Below, piece by piece: positions 25,309 through 35,349 of a stretch of 64,000 bases of DNA (the first letter of the stretch is position 1; every line of letters starts with the position of its first letter). Made by a program: the position numbers and the translations under genes. The stretch lies in the NCBI GenBank assembly GCA_963666625.1, contig OY762925.1, positions 2,373,792 to 2,437,791 of the forward strand. The letters are read 5' to 3'. The DNA is from Arenicellales bacterium. GTDB taxonomy: Bacteria; Pseudomonadota; Gammaproteobacteria; Arenicellales; JAJDZL01. Under the pieces are notes generated by a model. It was not told the DNA's origin and searched no databases. It saw only the letters and a program-made list of their open reading frames with translations.

Positions 25309-26535
25309 ATGAATAGACAGGATCGATCTGAAGAGTTCAGAACCATCGCCCAAGCACTTTCCGCAAAGTTCGCTCCCCGAGCTGCGAAGTGGGATCAAAC
25401 ACAAACCTATTGCTGGGAGAATATCGACGATTTGGTCGATTCGGGATTGATGGGCATGACGATCCCGATCGAGCATGGTGGCCGGTCGGCTTCCTTTTAT
25501 GACACTGTTATTGTGGTGGAAGAAATTGCCAAAGCCTGCACGCTCAGCGCACGAATTGTAGTTGAGTCCAATATGGGAGGAATCAGTGCGATCATGGCTT
25601 ATGGCGATGACTTCCAGAAGAGTTACTGTGCCCCGATTGTACTGGCCGGCGATAAACCGGCAATCTGCATAACTGAACCGGAAGCTGGCAGTGCGGCCAA
25701 TGAAATGCAGACAACCGCGAGAAAAGTTGGTGACGAATACATGATCAACGGTGTCAAACACTGGATAACAGGCGGTGGGGTTTCAAAACTGCATCTCATT
25801 TTTGCTCGCGTGGTTGACGAAGCGGGAGAAAAATTGGGAATTGGTGCTTTCATTGTTCACTATGATCCCGGAAAAGGTATTGAGCCGGAAGGATTTTCCG
25901 TTGTAAGACGTGAAAATACACTTGGCCTGCGCGGCATGCCTGAAGCAGAGTTACGGTTCGACGATCTAAAGGTCGATGCTAAATTCATGTTACAGACACC
26001 TTCAGGGCTACGTCGGGGATTTGCCGAACTGATGAGTGCATATAACAGCCAGAGGGTTGGTGCTGGAACGATCGCGATGGGTGTTGCGACCGGCGCGCTG
26101 GATCACGCGAAACGCTATCTGAAAGAACGTCATCAATTTGGACGGCCTTTAGCGGAATTTCAGGGTCTGCAGTGGATGATCGCAGAGATGGATGCGTCGG
26201 TACATGCGTCTAGACTGTTGCTGTATGAAGCCGCCAAATCTCGAGGGCCCAACAGCAGCCCATTTCCCGACATACTTTCAGCGGCTCGGGCGAAACTGTT
26301 TGCGTCTGAAACTGCCATCAAAGTGGTCAGTGACTCGCTGCAGATGTTCGGCGCACGTGGATACGGTGATCAGGAGCCGTTGGAACGAATGTACCGAGAT
26401 GTAAGAATGTTTACGATCGGTGGCGGTACCGCACAGATTCTAAAGACACAAATCGGGAGTAAGTTACTCGGCATCAAGTCACCACAGACACGCGACGGTT
26501 ATCATCAGATGGCGAAATTCGGACTTCGAAAGTGA
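25309..26535 (+). CDS. Acyl-CoA dehydrogenase family protein
   Basis: ~408 aa from the ATG at 25309 (the track starts at a TTG at 25306). Typical ACAD segments: ...ICITEPEAGSAANEM..., ...KHWITGGG..., ...QMFGARGY.... Confidence 0.9.
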   Translation: MNRQDRSEEFRTIAQALSAKFAPRAAKWDQTQTYCWENIDDLVDSGLMGMTIPIEHGGRSASFYDTVIVVEEIAKACTLSARIVVESNMGGISAIMAYGDDFQKSYCAPIVLAGDKPAICITEPEAGSAANEMQTTARKVGDEYMINGVKHWITGGGVSKLHLIFARVVDEAGEKLGIGAFIVHYDPGKGIEPEGFSVVRRENTLGLRGMPEAELRFDDLKVDAKFMLQTPSGLRRGFAELMSAYNSQRVGAGTIAMGVATGALDHAKRYLKERHQFGRPLAEFQGLQWMIAEMDASVHASRLLLYEAAKSRGPNSSPFPDILSAARAKLFASETAIKVVSDSLQMFGARGYGDQEPLERMYRDVRMFTIGGGTAQILKTQIGSKLLGIKSPQTRDGYHQMAKFGLRK

Positions 26536-26687
26536 TGCTATACAAATGTCTGTTTGCAGTTTGCTGAAGGATGGATAGAAATCGCGTGGATTCCGATTTT
26601 CCTGTTGCAGAGATTGGTTGTGATTTCTGGATGAAATGGGGTGTCGTAGACAGATTTAATTATTTCTAATGCTGAACGGTCTGATGA

Positions 26688-27983
26688 CTACGTCAAGGTT
26701 GCCACAACACTTTGAAATCGTTCAGTTACCCAGTATGCAGCAATTGCGATACTTGGCAAGACAACCGCCCACCGAGTGTAAATCAGCAGTGAACTTCTGA
26801 ATCTGATGATCAAGAGCAAGACTATCCATACCGCGGTGACTATCGCAATTTGGCCAATTTCCACTCCGACATTGAAGGCAAGCAGAGACTTCCAAAGATG
26901 AGCACCATTCGGTAACAGCAGTTCGTGAAGTACAAAAGAAAAGCCCAAGCCATGAAGCAATCCGATCAGCAGCGTAATCACAAATGAACTGAGGCTGTCT
27001 GTATTTCTTTTTGCTCCACCAATCGCAGTGACCGCGACAAATATGATTGAAACTGCGATTCCTAATTCAACAGCTGGGATGAACCAGGCAACAGATGGAG
27101 CGTACCCCCAAAATCCGGCAATCAAGGTAATCGTGTGTCCGATCGTAAATCCAGTAACCCGCAAAAGCAGTCCGGTCAGCGTTACAGCACCGATTGCCAG
27201 ACAGATGACGAATAGCAGATGATCCCAACCCTTGATTATGTGAATGATGCCTTGAACTGTAAACGTTGCAAACGCAGCCATCGCAGAGTTCGTGATCTCC
27301 ACGGGCTCATTCAAAATGCCGGTAAAGCGAAAAACTCGCGTTTCACCGGGAAAATGATCCAACAATAGATTTGCGGTTTCACTTTGCAATTCCAGTCCGG
27401 GATTCCAGCTGAAAGACAAGCGATAGGAATTGACAGGGCGGTCATGATCATATCGAAGTTGCAGATCTGTGACTGTCTCTCCGACATAAACGTCTTCCAC
27501 TACACTTTCTGGGGTACTTTCTGAAATCGAGATTTTGGCCTCTTCCAAAGAGGCGAATGGTGGTTGCTGAAGGGCACTGTGCAGGCGAAAATTAACGATC
27601 TCGGGTTTCAAAAGATTCCCTTCAGTTTCGATCCGCACGCCACCCGTGGCTATCGCCGCGAATTCGATCGGGGCCTTTTGGATCTTCACCAGATCGAGAT
27701 AGTGCTTCAGGCTATCTTGTTCAACTTTGTTGTATGTAAAAGGCGCCGGGATTAGATTACCGTCCTCTAGCGAACCTGTGGCAAGTTCTGCTAGGAAATA
27801 GGGTGTTGGAATTCGCATGTAAACATCAAGCCCATGTTGGGTATGCACGACATGGATTGTCCGGATATTTAAATCAAGATTGAAATGGGTATTTCCCGAG
27901 TTGCACAAGATCAGGAATGCGCATCCTAGAACCAATGCGGCGAATGTCCTGTTACACATGGGATTTTTAACAGACGACTTCAT
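26688..27983 (-). CDS. HupE/UreJ-family membrane protein with N-terminal periplasmic domain
   Basis: 431 aa. Signal peptide, ~240-aa soluble domain, then a polytopic C-terminus with GWDHLLFVICLAIG and HGLGF motifs typical of HupE/UreJ-type proteins. Confidence 0.7.
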   Translation of the reverse strand: MKSSVKNPMCNRTFAALVLGCAFLILCNSGNTHFNLDLNIRTIHVVHTQHGLDVYMRIPTPYFLAELATGSLEDGNLIPAPFTYNKVEQDSLKHYLDLVKIQKAPIEFAAIATGGVRIETEGNLLKPEIVNFRLHSALQQPPFASLEEAKISISESTPESVVEDVYVGETVTDLQLRYDHDRPVNSYRLSFSWNPGLELQSETANLLLDHFPGETRVFRFTGILNEPVEITNSAMAAFATFTVQGIIHIIKGWDHLLFVICLAIGAVTLTGLLLRVTGFTIGHTITLIAGFWGYAPSVAWFIPAVELGIAVSIIFVAVTAIGGAKRNTDSLSSFVITLLIGLLHGLGFSFVLHELLLPNGAHLWKSLLAFNVGVEIGQIAIVTAVWIVLLLIIRFRSSLLIYTRWAVVLPSIAIAAYWVTERFQSVVATLT

Positions 27984-28110
27984 TCCAACAATTTGAATTT
28001 AATCGGACACAAATTACTCTACAAATTGTAATTATTGCTAACGAGATGAGCTATCGGTGAGAAATGTCGCGAATATGTAACCGCGTGCGAAGATACGGTT
28101 TGAACCACCA

Positions 28111-28152
28111 AGAAAAGAAAAACCGCCTGGAATACGAGCATTCCAGGCGGTT
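28111..28152 (-). terminator. Rho-independent terminator downstream of the MBL-fold gene
   Basis: Perfect 13-bp stem AACCGCCTGGAAT (28121-28133) / ATTCCAGGCGGTT (28140-28152). On the minus strand it is followed by TTTCTTTTCT (complement of 28111-28120). Confidence 0.85.
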
Positions 28153-28166
28153 TCTGAGCTTGTAAA

Positions 28167-29102
28167 TTAGCCGTCGGCTCCAGAAACGTGATTTGAGCCA
28201 AAGTACATGACATGACCTTTCATGTCACTGATGTCTGCGGCACTAAGTTCAATGGTCGAGCTGTCAAGCATTGTATGCGGGTGTCGCTGTGTCCATTCCG
28301 ATGCATCCAACAGAGTGGATGTATAGAAAGTGGTTTCAGGAACCAGATAGTGATGCGGAATCGCAACTTTGGCACCCGTCATAGCCATTACTGAATCAGC
28401 CTGCTCGTAGTCAAGGATATGGCGAGAACCGTCTACTGGAACAAAAACAATGTCAATATCACCAATTTTATCCATCACTTCCTGAGGTGGGTTTGGACGA
28501 TTGTCTCCCCACATGAGTAGGCGCATTCCACCGGTCTCAATCAGGTAAAGACTGTTGTCCATGTGCCGGAAATTGGTTGGGGGACATGGATCATCGCGAC
28601 CTTCAAACTGTTTTACAGCTTCCGTCCAAGGAACCATTCCTGGAGCGACACATTGATGCTTGTCGGCGATACCGGTAATTTTGACATCGCCCAGTTCGAA
28701 TGTTCCTCCCATCCGATCCAGCAACATATTGGCATCAATCTTGTCCAGTGCATCGTGGTCAAAATGAGCATGTGTAGACATGCCAATGTCCACGTTTACC
28801 TTCGGAAATTCAGTTCTGTACCAAAGGCCCCAAGCTCCTGATGGATCATTACGCCACGGGTCTACGATCATGGTGATCCCGCGAGGAGAAGTAACGCCGA
28901 ATGACGAATTGCTGTAGTATGAGATTTCGATTGAACCCGTCGAATCTCGAGTACCTCCCTCGTTTTGAATCTGAATGATTCGGTTGTGATTGTTACCCGA
29001 TTGCCAGGCATTCATCTGGCTGACGACGTCGTCACCAACTCCCACCAATCCGCCAACTGCAATGGCGAGACCAATGACCAGTAACTTAGTATTTTTCAGC
29101 AT
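28167..29102 (-). CDS. MBL-fold metallo-hydrolase (secreted)
   Basis: 311 aa. Signal/anchor MLKNTKLLVIGLAIAVGG and metal-binding motif STHAHFDHD. Confidence 0.8.
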   Translation of the reverse strand: MLKNTKLLVIGLAIAVGGLVGVGDDVVSQMNAWQSGNNHNRIIQIQNEGGTRDSTGSIEISYYSNSSFGVTSPRGITMIVDPWRNDPSGAWGLWYRTEFPKVNVDIGMSTHAHFDHDALDKIDANMLLDRMGGTFELGDVKITGIADKHQCVAPGMVPWTEAVKQFEGRDDPCPPTNFRHMDNSLYLIETGGMRLLMWGDNRPNPPQEVMDKIGDIDIVFVPVDGSRHILDYEQADSVMAMTGAKVAIPHHYLVPETTFYTSTLLDASEWTQRHPHTMLDSSTIELSAADISDMKGHVMYFGSNHVSGADG

Positions 29103-29334
29103 CGTGAAATCCTCCGTAAAATATATTATTGATATACAAATTGAATTGTATACAAAATCAATTAGTCAATGTTGATTCGGTTGGCTCTACAAATCAAGGA
29201 GCACACTGACGACGATCACGCTACAACCAAGTCAATTGGATGGTGATCGCGTTTCGTTGTAATCGGGTTCGGAACTATCTTGGGAACATACGTGAATTGA
29301 AATTATTTTGTGTCTGTCTGCTGACATCAATCCA

Positions 29335-29931
29335 ATGAATCTTGCTGAAGTCAGGAAACTAATGCTAGCTCATCGTCCGGTACTTGTGAACCGGGCGGGT
29401 CGAAGAACAGCGGCTGTCGCGTTGATCTTGCGCCAGAATGTTCAAGGTGCTGAAGTTTTGTTTATCGAACGGTCACGGCGAGCCAACGATCCATGGTCGG
29501 GTCAGATGGCGTTTCCAGGTGGAAAGATGGACTCGAGCGATAAAAATTCGATAGAGACCGCGCTGCGGGAAACACAAGAGGAAGTAGGTATCAGGCTCAA
29601 GCCCAATATGAATATCGGATGTCTTGATGATCTTGTAGCGCCACCGAACAGTCCGGCTCATGGGCTTGTAGTATCGTGCTATGTGTTTCAATTGGAGCAA
29701 GAAGAGCACATTCGACCGAATTCAGAAGTTCACGACACGGTCTGGATACCGATTGACTGGATGCTCGATCGCGACAACTTCATCGAGGGTTTTCGACCGC
29801 GCGACTATGAAGGTTCGTTTCCTGGAATTCGAGTTGGCCGAGACGACAATCGAGTGATTTGGGGACTGACTTTTCGGTTTGTTCAGGGGTTCTTGGGAAT
29901 TCTCCAACCTGATTTCTCATTTCGTACGTGA
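29335..29931 (+). CDS. NUDIX hydrolase, CoA pyrophosphatase type
   Basis: Nudix box GGKMDSSDKNSIETALRETQEEVGI is preceded by the CoA-pyrophosphatase-type motif LFIERSRRANDPWSGQMAFPGG. ATG at 29335 (the track starts at a TTG at 29308). Confidence 0.8.
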   Translation: MNLAEVRKLMLAHRPVLVNRAGRRTAAVALILRQNVQGAEVLFIERSRRANDPWSGQMAFPGGKMDSSDKNSIETALRETQEEVGIRLKPNMNIGCLDDLVAPPNSPAHGLVVSCYVFQLEQEEHIRPNSEVHDTVWIPIDWMLDRDNFIEGFRPRDYEGSFPGIRVGRDDNRVIWGLTFRFVQGFLGILQPDFSFRT

Positions 29932-30084
29932 GAAAGTTGTAGCCGTACCAGTAGTTGAAGTCAAAACCTGGGTCGAAACTGCCAATTAGTTTGAATTAGT
30001 CGGACGAACTACTACAATCAGTCGGAACAATATAAACAATTGGCCGTATAGTCAGTTTCAATCAGTCAAAACCATAGACGTATT

Positions 30085-30165
30085 ATGTATCCTCGACTTG
30101 TTGAACATCGAGTCCGTGAAGCATTATCCGGTACTCGGATTGTTTTGCTTTGCGATCTTCGGTGA
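30085..30165 (+). pseudogene. Remnant of an AAA_14/DUF4143-type ATPase gene (N-terminal 26 codons, then stop)
   Basis: MYPRLVEHRVREALSGTRIVLLCDLR* resembles the conserved N-terminus (MY.RL.E.R.REAL.DTPVVLL.GPRQ.GKT) of this family and breaks exactly where the Walker A should start. Recognised from memory only. Confidence 0.3.
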
Positions 30166-30349
30166 CATCGACAATCGCTCCGGGTATGAACGATAACCGC
30201 GGCTGATCGCAGAACTTGGCCACTGCTGTGAATCAGCGAATATGACAGTCTAGCGGACATCTGAGACGTTGAGTCGCCACACAATATTTGGATTGAGAGG
30301 AAGCAAACGTTCGCAAAGCCTTTTACAAAAAAACATTCGACAATACTTA

Positions 30350-31270
30350 CTATTCCGTCAAATTTAACTGTGACATCTTTGCAAATCTTGCCACATGATC
30401 CAGAAAAATACGGATGCGTTCAGTTCTCCGTAGATCAGGATGCGTGAGAATCCAAAGGTCAGTGGCCAGCGATGGAATTTGCCTCCCGACTCGAATCAAC
30501 TGCTCGTCATTCTCACCAAGATAACACGGTAGTACCGCCATTCCCAATCCAGCTTTGGCGGTAGACAGCATCCCGTATACCGAGTTCACGCGAATTCGAC
30601 ACCGGTCAACAAGACCTTCTTTCTCAAGCCAACGATCTAAAGCTGGATATGACATGCTTTCGTCCGGACCGATCCAGTCTATAGCGTCTGCCGTATCCGT
30701 TTTATCAACATTCAGGGTCAGTTTTTTCGCAATATAGGCTGCTTGTGCAATGGTTCCGACTTTTCGACCAATCAGATTCTCATCCGGATTCTCAGTTGGT
30801 CGCACAGCGATGTCAGCTTCTCGTTTGGAGAGGCTGAACACATCGTTTGAGACCACCAATTCAAGGTGAATTTCTGGATATGAAGTGCGAAATTCCTGCA
30901 GACCCGGCAACAACCAACCAAACAACAGGGTGTCAGTAGTGGTGATTCTCACTGTTCCTGACGGTCGCAAATCCTGGCCGGTAATACGGCGTTCAACTGC
31001 CAGAACATCATTCATTAACCGTTGCACAAGATTGGAAACTTCCTCCGCTGCTGCCGTCGCAGTGTAACCATCACGTGCCCGATCAAAGAACCGTACCTCC
31101 ATTTTCTTCTCAAGCCTGTTCAGTTTCCGAAACGCGGTTGGATGGCTTATATCGAGAGAACGAGCCGCCCCGGAGAGTGTTCCAACATTCGTAACGGCAT
31201 GCACCAGACACATTTCATCCCACGTAAGCATGTTGTTCATATTTGAAATGTCTCCTTTCATTTGTGACAT
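30350..31270 (-). CDS. LysR-family transcriptional regulator
   Basis: 306 aa. N-terminal wHTH (LVHAVTNVGTLSGAARSLDISHPTAFRKLNRLEKKM) and a LysR substrate-binding domain. Several in-frame Met codons leave the start uncertain (31270-31231). Divergent from the next gene. Confidence 0.9.
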   Translation of the reverse strand: MSQMKGDISNMNNMLTWDEMCLVHAVTNVGTLSGAARSLDISHPTAFRKLNRLEKKMEVRFFDRARDGYTATAAAEEVSNLVQRLMNDVLAVERRITGQDLRPSGTVRITTTDTLLFGWLLPGLQEFRTSYPEIHLELVVSNDVFSLSKREADIAVRPTENPDENLIGRKVGTIAQAAYIAKKLTLNVDKTDTADAIDWIGPDESMSYPALDRWLEKEGLVDRCRIRVNSVYGMLSTAKAGLGMAVLPCYLGENDEQLIRVGRQIPSLATDLWILTHPDLRRTERIRIFLDHVARFAKMSQLNLTE

Positions 31271-31337
31271 ATTTAATTACAAATATGGATACTATATATT
31301 GCTACGGAAATGCTGTCAAAACTGGAGAGTTTCCTGC

Positions 31338-32066
31338 GTGCGTGCGCTGATTGTCCATTGCCATCCAGAGCCAACATCGTTCAATGCGACGCTGACAGAG
31401 GTGGCGAAGACTACGTTGCGACAGCAGGGTTACTTCGTCGAAATTTCTGATCTATATCGCGAACAGTTTGATCCTTGCGAACGTGGAGAACACTATGAGA
31501 ATCGTCAGAATGGTGCGGTTTTCTCCCCCTTGGGCGAGCAGAGACACGCTTTTTCATCCAACAGGTTGCCTGATGATGTCCAAAGAGAAATCGCTCGGCT
31601 TGAACGTGCAGACCTTGTGGTTTTTCAGTTCCCGATTTGGTGGCACAATCAACCGGCTATTCTGAAGGGTTGGTTCGACAGGGTATTTGTAAGTGGAGGT
31701 CTCTACACCAGCTCGATGCGATACAGTCGCGGTTATTTCCACGGCAAGAAGGCGATATGTTCTGTTACGACAGGTGCCCCTGAAATTGTATTTGGTCTTG
31801 GTTCTCGCGGTGGAGATATTGGTCAGATACTTTGGTCAACCCACTATTCGCTTCACTACATGGGCTTCCGAGTTTTGTCGCCTTTTGTTGCCTTTGGCAT
31901 CCAAGGTCATGGATTTTCCTATACAGATGACGACAATAACAATCGGCGGCTTAGCTTGTATCAGGAGAATTGGAAAGAGCGGCTGAACAGCTTGGATCAA
32001 ATCACGCCGCTTAGGTTCCAAAGTTGGGAAGATTGGGACGATTTTGGCCGTGCAAAGCGAGCTTGA
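31338..32066 (+). CDS. NAD(P)H dehydrogenase (quinone) / flavodoxin-like-fold protein
   Basis: GTG at 31338 lies 8 nt after GGAGAG. (V)RALIVHCHPEPTSFNATL... and FQFPIWWHNQPAILKGWFDRV are typical of the NQO1/MdaB-like flavodoxin fold. The longer track ORF (31230) overlaps the LysR start. Confidence 0.8.
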   Translation: MRALIVHCHPEPTSFNATLTEVAKTTLRQQGYFVEISDLYREQFDPCERGEHYENRQNGAVFSPLGEQRHAFSSNRLPDDVQREIARLERADLVVFQFPIWWHNQPAILKGWFDRVFVSGGLYTSSMRYSRGYFHGKKAICSVTTGAPEIVFGLGSRGGDIGQILWSTHYSLHYMGFRVLSPFVAFGIQGHGFSYTDDDNNNRRLSLYQENWKERLNSLDQITPLRFQSWEDWDDFGRAKRA

Positions 32067-32148
32067 ACCTTAGCTGCAATTTGGTTGGCTTCAGTTTTGT
32101 CTCAAGTATCGAACGGAAGCCTCAGGTTTTACGGCCAGGGCGTTCGAT

Positions 32149-32841
32149 CTATTTGATTCTGGGAAACGCATACCCACCAATTTTTGAGGTTCTGCAGCCA
32201 AGTTGTACCATACACTCGCTCAGTCCGACCGCGCAGGCCACTCCATCCAGCACGGGTAATTGAAATTCGCTTTCGAGTGAAGCAGCCAGATCTGTCATTC
32301 CAGCGCAACCCAGCACAATGGCTTCGGCGTGATCGACCTTGATGGCATCGGAAATTTCATTGGCGATGCGTTGCCGCGCGTCGCCTGAGTCTGATTCCAG
32401 ATCCAGTACAGGTATATCCGACGCTCTTACACGAGCGCATTTGGCCCAAAGACCATATCGAACAAGATTGTGTTCTATCGCCGGTACCGATCTGGACAAA
32501 GTTGTGACAACCGAAAATTTGTTCGCGATTAGCGACGCGATGTGAAATGCCGCTTCGCCAATCCCGATGACCGGGGCGGATACCAGGCAGCGCAGGGCGT
32601 CAAGCCCAGTGTCGTCGAAGCAGGCCACAATCACAGCATCTGTGTCCGGATGAGATCGAATCATGTCAATTGCTCCCGGGACACTCAACGCCTCATCATA
32701 AAACCCCTCGATACTTACAGGTGTGTTGGGTGGATTGACTGAAATCAGTTCGGTGTCTGGGCGAGCAATCTGTGTAGCGGTAAATTCAATTTTCCGAGTC
32801 ATTGACTCGGTTGAGTTCGGATTGATGATCAAGATACGCAT
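32149..32841 (-). CDS. Asp/Glu/hydantoin racemase family protein
   Basis: 230 aa. MRILIINPNSTESMT N-terminus, plus ACFDDTGL and VLGCAGM cysteine motifs typical of the hydantoin racemase family. Confidence 0.8.
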   Translation of the reverse strand: MRILIINPNSTESMTRKIEFTATQIARPDTELISVNPPNTPVSIEGFYDEALSVPGAIDMIRSHPDTDAVIVACFDDTGLDALRCLVSAPVIGIGEAAFHIASLIANKFSVVTTLSRSVPAIEHNLVRYGLWAKCARVRASDIPVLDLESDSGDARQRIANEISDAIKVDHAEAIVLGCAGMTDLAASLESEFQLPVLDGVACAVGLSECMVQLGCRTSKIGGYAFPRIK

Positions 32842-32855
32842 GGCACGCTCACCGA

Positions 32856-33581
32856 TCAGATTTCACCGCCTAGATATGCGGCAATGATTCGATCATCTTC
32901 GATCAGCTCCTTGGAGTTTCCGCTTAGTACGATTGAACCTGTCGCCAGAGCATAGGTACGATGCGAAATGCTCAGAGCCATCCGGGAGTTCTGTTCCACC
33001 AACAATACTGAAACACACTCTTCTCGATTGATGGTTTCAATGGATCGGGCAATATCACGAACCAGTTTCGGGGCAATTCCCAACGAAGGTTCGTCAAGCA
33101 GCAGGAGACGGGGTTTCGCCATCAGCGCACGTCCGATTACAAGCATTTGTTGCTCGCCGCCGCTGAGTGTACCAGCCGATTGTGAGAATCTTTCTTTCAA
33201 TCTCGGAAACCGTTCCATCACGCCATCAAGCGAATTTGCGATAGCGTTCGATTTTTCCTTTCTGGAGAAAGACCCCATCAGCAGATTGTCTTTGACTGAC
33301 ATGTATGGAAACACGCGACGCCCTTCAGGTACCATCACAATTCCGCGCTTTACGATCTCCGACGCCTTGAGTCCATCGATACGCTCGTCCTGGAAATAAA
33401 TTTCACCGCTTCTTACCGGAGCGAGTCCGGTAACGGCCCGGAGAATCGAAGACTTGCCTGCTCCGTTTGCTCCGATCAGTGCAACTGTCTCCCCTTCTTC
33501 AAGATTGACCGAAATACCCTTCAGCGCATAGACATGACTGTAGTAGAGTTCAATATTCTCCACTTTCAACAATTCTGTCAT
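32856..33581 (-). CDS. livF: Branched-chain amino acid ABC transporter ATP-binding protein (LivF-like)
   Basis: 241 aa. Walker A GANGAGKSS, signature LSGGEQQML, Walker B LLLLDEPS. Confidence 0.9.
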   Translation of the reverse strand: MTELLKVENIELYYSHVYALKGISVNLEEGETVALIGANGAGKSSILRAVTGLAPVRSGEIYFQDERIDGLKASEIVKRGIVMVPEGRRVFPYMSVKDNLLMGSFSRKEKSNAIANSLDGVMERFPRLKERFSQSAGTLSGGEQQMLVIGRALMAKPRLLLLDEPSLGIAPKLVRDIARSIETINREECVSVLLVEQNSRMALSISHRTYALATGSIVLSGNSKELIEDDRIIAAYLGGEI

Positions 33582-34363
33582 ACCTGCAATTCCGCTGAAT
33601 CATGCTCGCTGCCAAGATAGGCCTCGATCACTTTAGGGTTGGCCTGTATTTCCTCTGGATTGCCCTCGGCAATCTTTTGTCCGAAATTCAGGACGACAAT
33701 TCGGTCTGAAATTCTCATAACCGCTGACATGTCATGTTCAACAAGTAATATGGTTACCCCTCTTTCCCGCACGTTTCGGACCAAATCAACGGCGTGCATT
33801 GTTTCTTCGTGATTCATTCCGGCGAACGGTTCATCCAGTAGGAGTACCCTGGGGTTCGTTGCTAGTCCGATTGCGATTCCAAGTGATCTGAGATGTCCGT
33901 GTGGCAAGTTGCTGGCCACTTCGTTCCTGATGTCATACAGTCCGAGAAACTCAAGAATTTCGTCGGACGACTCGCTGAATTTCTGTTCATCTGTGCGAGC
34001 TGGTCTGGAATGTACAAAGAAATCCAGCAGGTTTGCACGGGAACGCAGATGATGAGAGATGATGACATTGTCGCGAACTGTCATGGAAGCGAATATGGTG
34101 GTTTCCTGAAATGTGCGCACCACGCCTTTGCGAGCGACAATGTGAGGTGCCAGGTTGGTGATCCGTTCACCTTTGAAGATTACCTCGCCGGATGTGGTCC
34201 GCAAGAACGATGAAATAAGTTTGAACAGTGTCGATTTTCCGGCTCCGTTGGGACCGATGATCGACAGAATTTCCCGTTCGCTGGCTTGAAAGGAAACATC
34301 ATTGACTGCGGTGAGACCACCAAACTTTTTGGTGACGTTTTTCACGTCCAAAAGGGCGCTCAT
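33578..34363 (-). CDS. livG: Branched-chain amino acid ABC transporter ATP-binding protein (LivG-like)
   Basis: Start taken at the ATG at 34363 (MSALLDVKNVTKKFGG), which overlaps the livM stop. Walker A GPNGAGKST, Walker B LLLDEPFAG. The track's N-terminal extension to 34561 overlaps livM and was discarded. Confidence 0.9.
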   Translation of the reverse strand: MSALLDVKNVTKKFGGLTAVNDVSFQASEREILSIIGPNGAGKSTLFKLISSFLRTTSGEVIFKGERITNLAPHIVARKGVVRTFQETTIFASMTVRDNVIISHHLRSRANLLDFFVHSRPARTDEQKFSESSDEILEFLGLYDIRNEVASNLPHGHLRSLGIAIGLATNPRVLLLDEPFAGMNHEETMHAVDLVRNVRERGVTILLVEHDMSAVMRISDRIVVLNFGQKIAEGNPEEIQANPKVIEAYLGSEHDSAELQV

Positions 34364-35343
34364 CTTCCTACTTCCTTTATCCATCGGGGTAAGCGAATGC
34401 TCAGCAGGCCGTTTGGCAATATGAGCATCAGCGTGATCAGCAGACTGGAATAGATCAGGAGCTGAAAACGTCCTGTCGTGAACAGCAAATCCCACCCGAA
34501 GTACAACAGCAGTGTCCCCAGCATCGGACCGAAGACATAGCCCAAACCACCAAGAAAGCAATTGAGCATAAAGTTGATTGAGTCGGTTACCACAAAACTT
34601 GATGGGTAGATCGACTGTGAGATGGCAACAAACATTGCGCCGGCAATACCACCTAGGAAAGAGGAGATTGCATAAGCGATAATTCGCAGATATGGAACAT
34701 TCACTCCGATAGATGATGCAAGCTCTTCATTTTGTTGAAGTGATCGACACAAGTGCCCCATTCGGGAATTCACCAGACGATAAAGCGCCGCGAAAGTCAG
34801 CACCATGGCAATGGCAGCTGCATAATAGAAGGCAAGTTTAGGATTTGCCAGCGTAGAGAAATCCGGTATGATCGTCAACCCGAAGATTGAAAGCTCTTTG
34901 GGCAATGGAATTGAAACAATTCCTTTCGCACCTTTGGTGATTGGCAATGCCAGCGCGGTGAGGCGCGCCACCTCAGTTGAAACCAACGTGATCATCGCAA
35001 AGTAGACGCCCTTTAGTCGGAGGATGGGCAAACCGATCAGGACTCCGACAATCGCACAAAAAACACCGGCCAACGGCAGAGTCAGCCAGAAATTGACACC
35101 GTAGTCCATAACCAGAACAGCCGACACATAACCGCCGGTGAGCGCATATACACCTTGGCCGATATTGATTCGACCGATATAGAACGTCAGCCAGACACCG
35201 CCGGATGCGATTGAAAGCAGGGCCACCGAAGTAAGTGTGTAGTAAAACCCCCAGTTCGCAGTCGCTTCGATCCACCAGGGAATCAGTACAAAAATCGTAA
35301 GGAAGAAAACGACGACGCCCGTGAGTTTTCCCTTGCTCGGCAT
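34360..35343 (-). CDS. livM: Branched-chain amino acid ABC transporter permease (LivM-like)
   Basis: 327 aa, polytopic and hydrophobic. Lies between the livH-like and livG-like genes. Confidence 0.85.
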   Translation of the reverse strand: MPSKGKLTGVVVFFLTIFVLIPWWIEATANWGFYYTLTSVALLSIASGGVWLTFYIGRINIGQGVYALTGGYVSAVLVMDYGVNFWLTLPLAGVFCAIVGVLIGLPILRLKGVYFAMITLVSTEVARLTALALPITKGAKGIVSIPLPKELSIFGLTIIPDFSTLANPKLAFYYAAAIAMVLTFAALYRLVNSRMGHLCRSLQQNEELASSIGVNVPYLRIIAYAISSFLGGIAGAMFVAISQSIYPSSFVVTDSINFMLNCFLGGLGYVFGPMLGTLLLYFGWDLLFTTGRFQLLIYSSLLITLMLILPNGLLSIRLPRWIKEVGR

Positions 35344-35349
35344 GACTGA

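Noticed and set aside
25174-25761. 195-aa minus-strand ORF overlapping the acyl-CoA dehydrogenase 5' region
   Set aside because: Shadow ORF. The plus-strand frame is a clear ACAD, and the minus ORF would also run through the intergenic tRNA-like fragment region without a plausible start context.
34364-34561. 66-codon N-terminal extension of the livG-like ORF
   Set aside because: It overlaps the livM 3' end. The canonical ABC ATPase N-terminus (MSALLDVKNVTKKFGG) starts at 34363 with a start/stop overlap typical of the operon.
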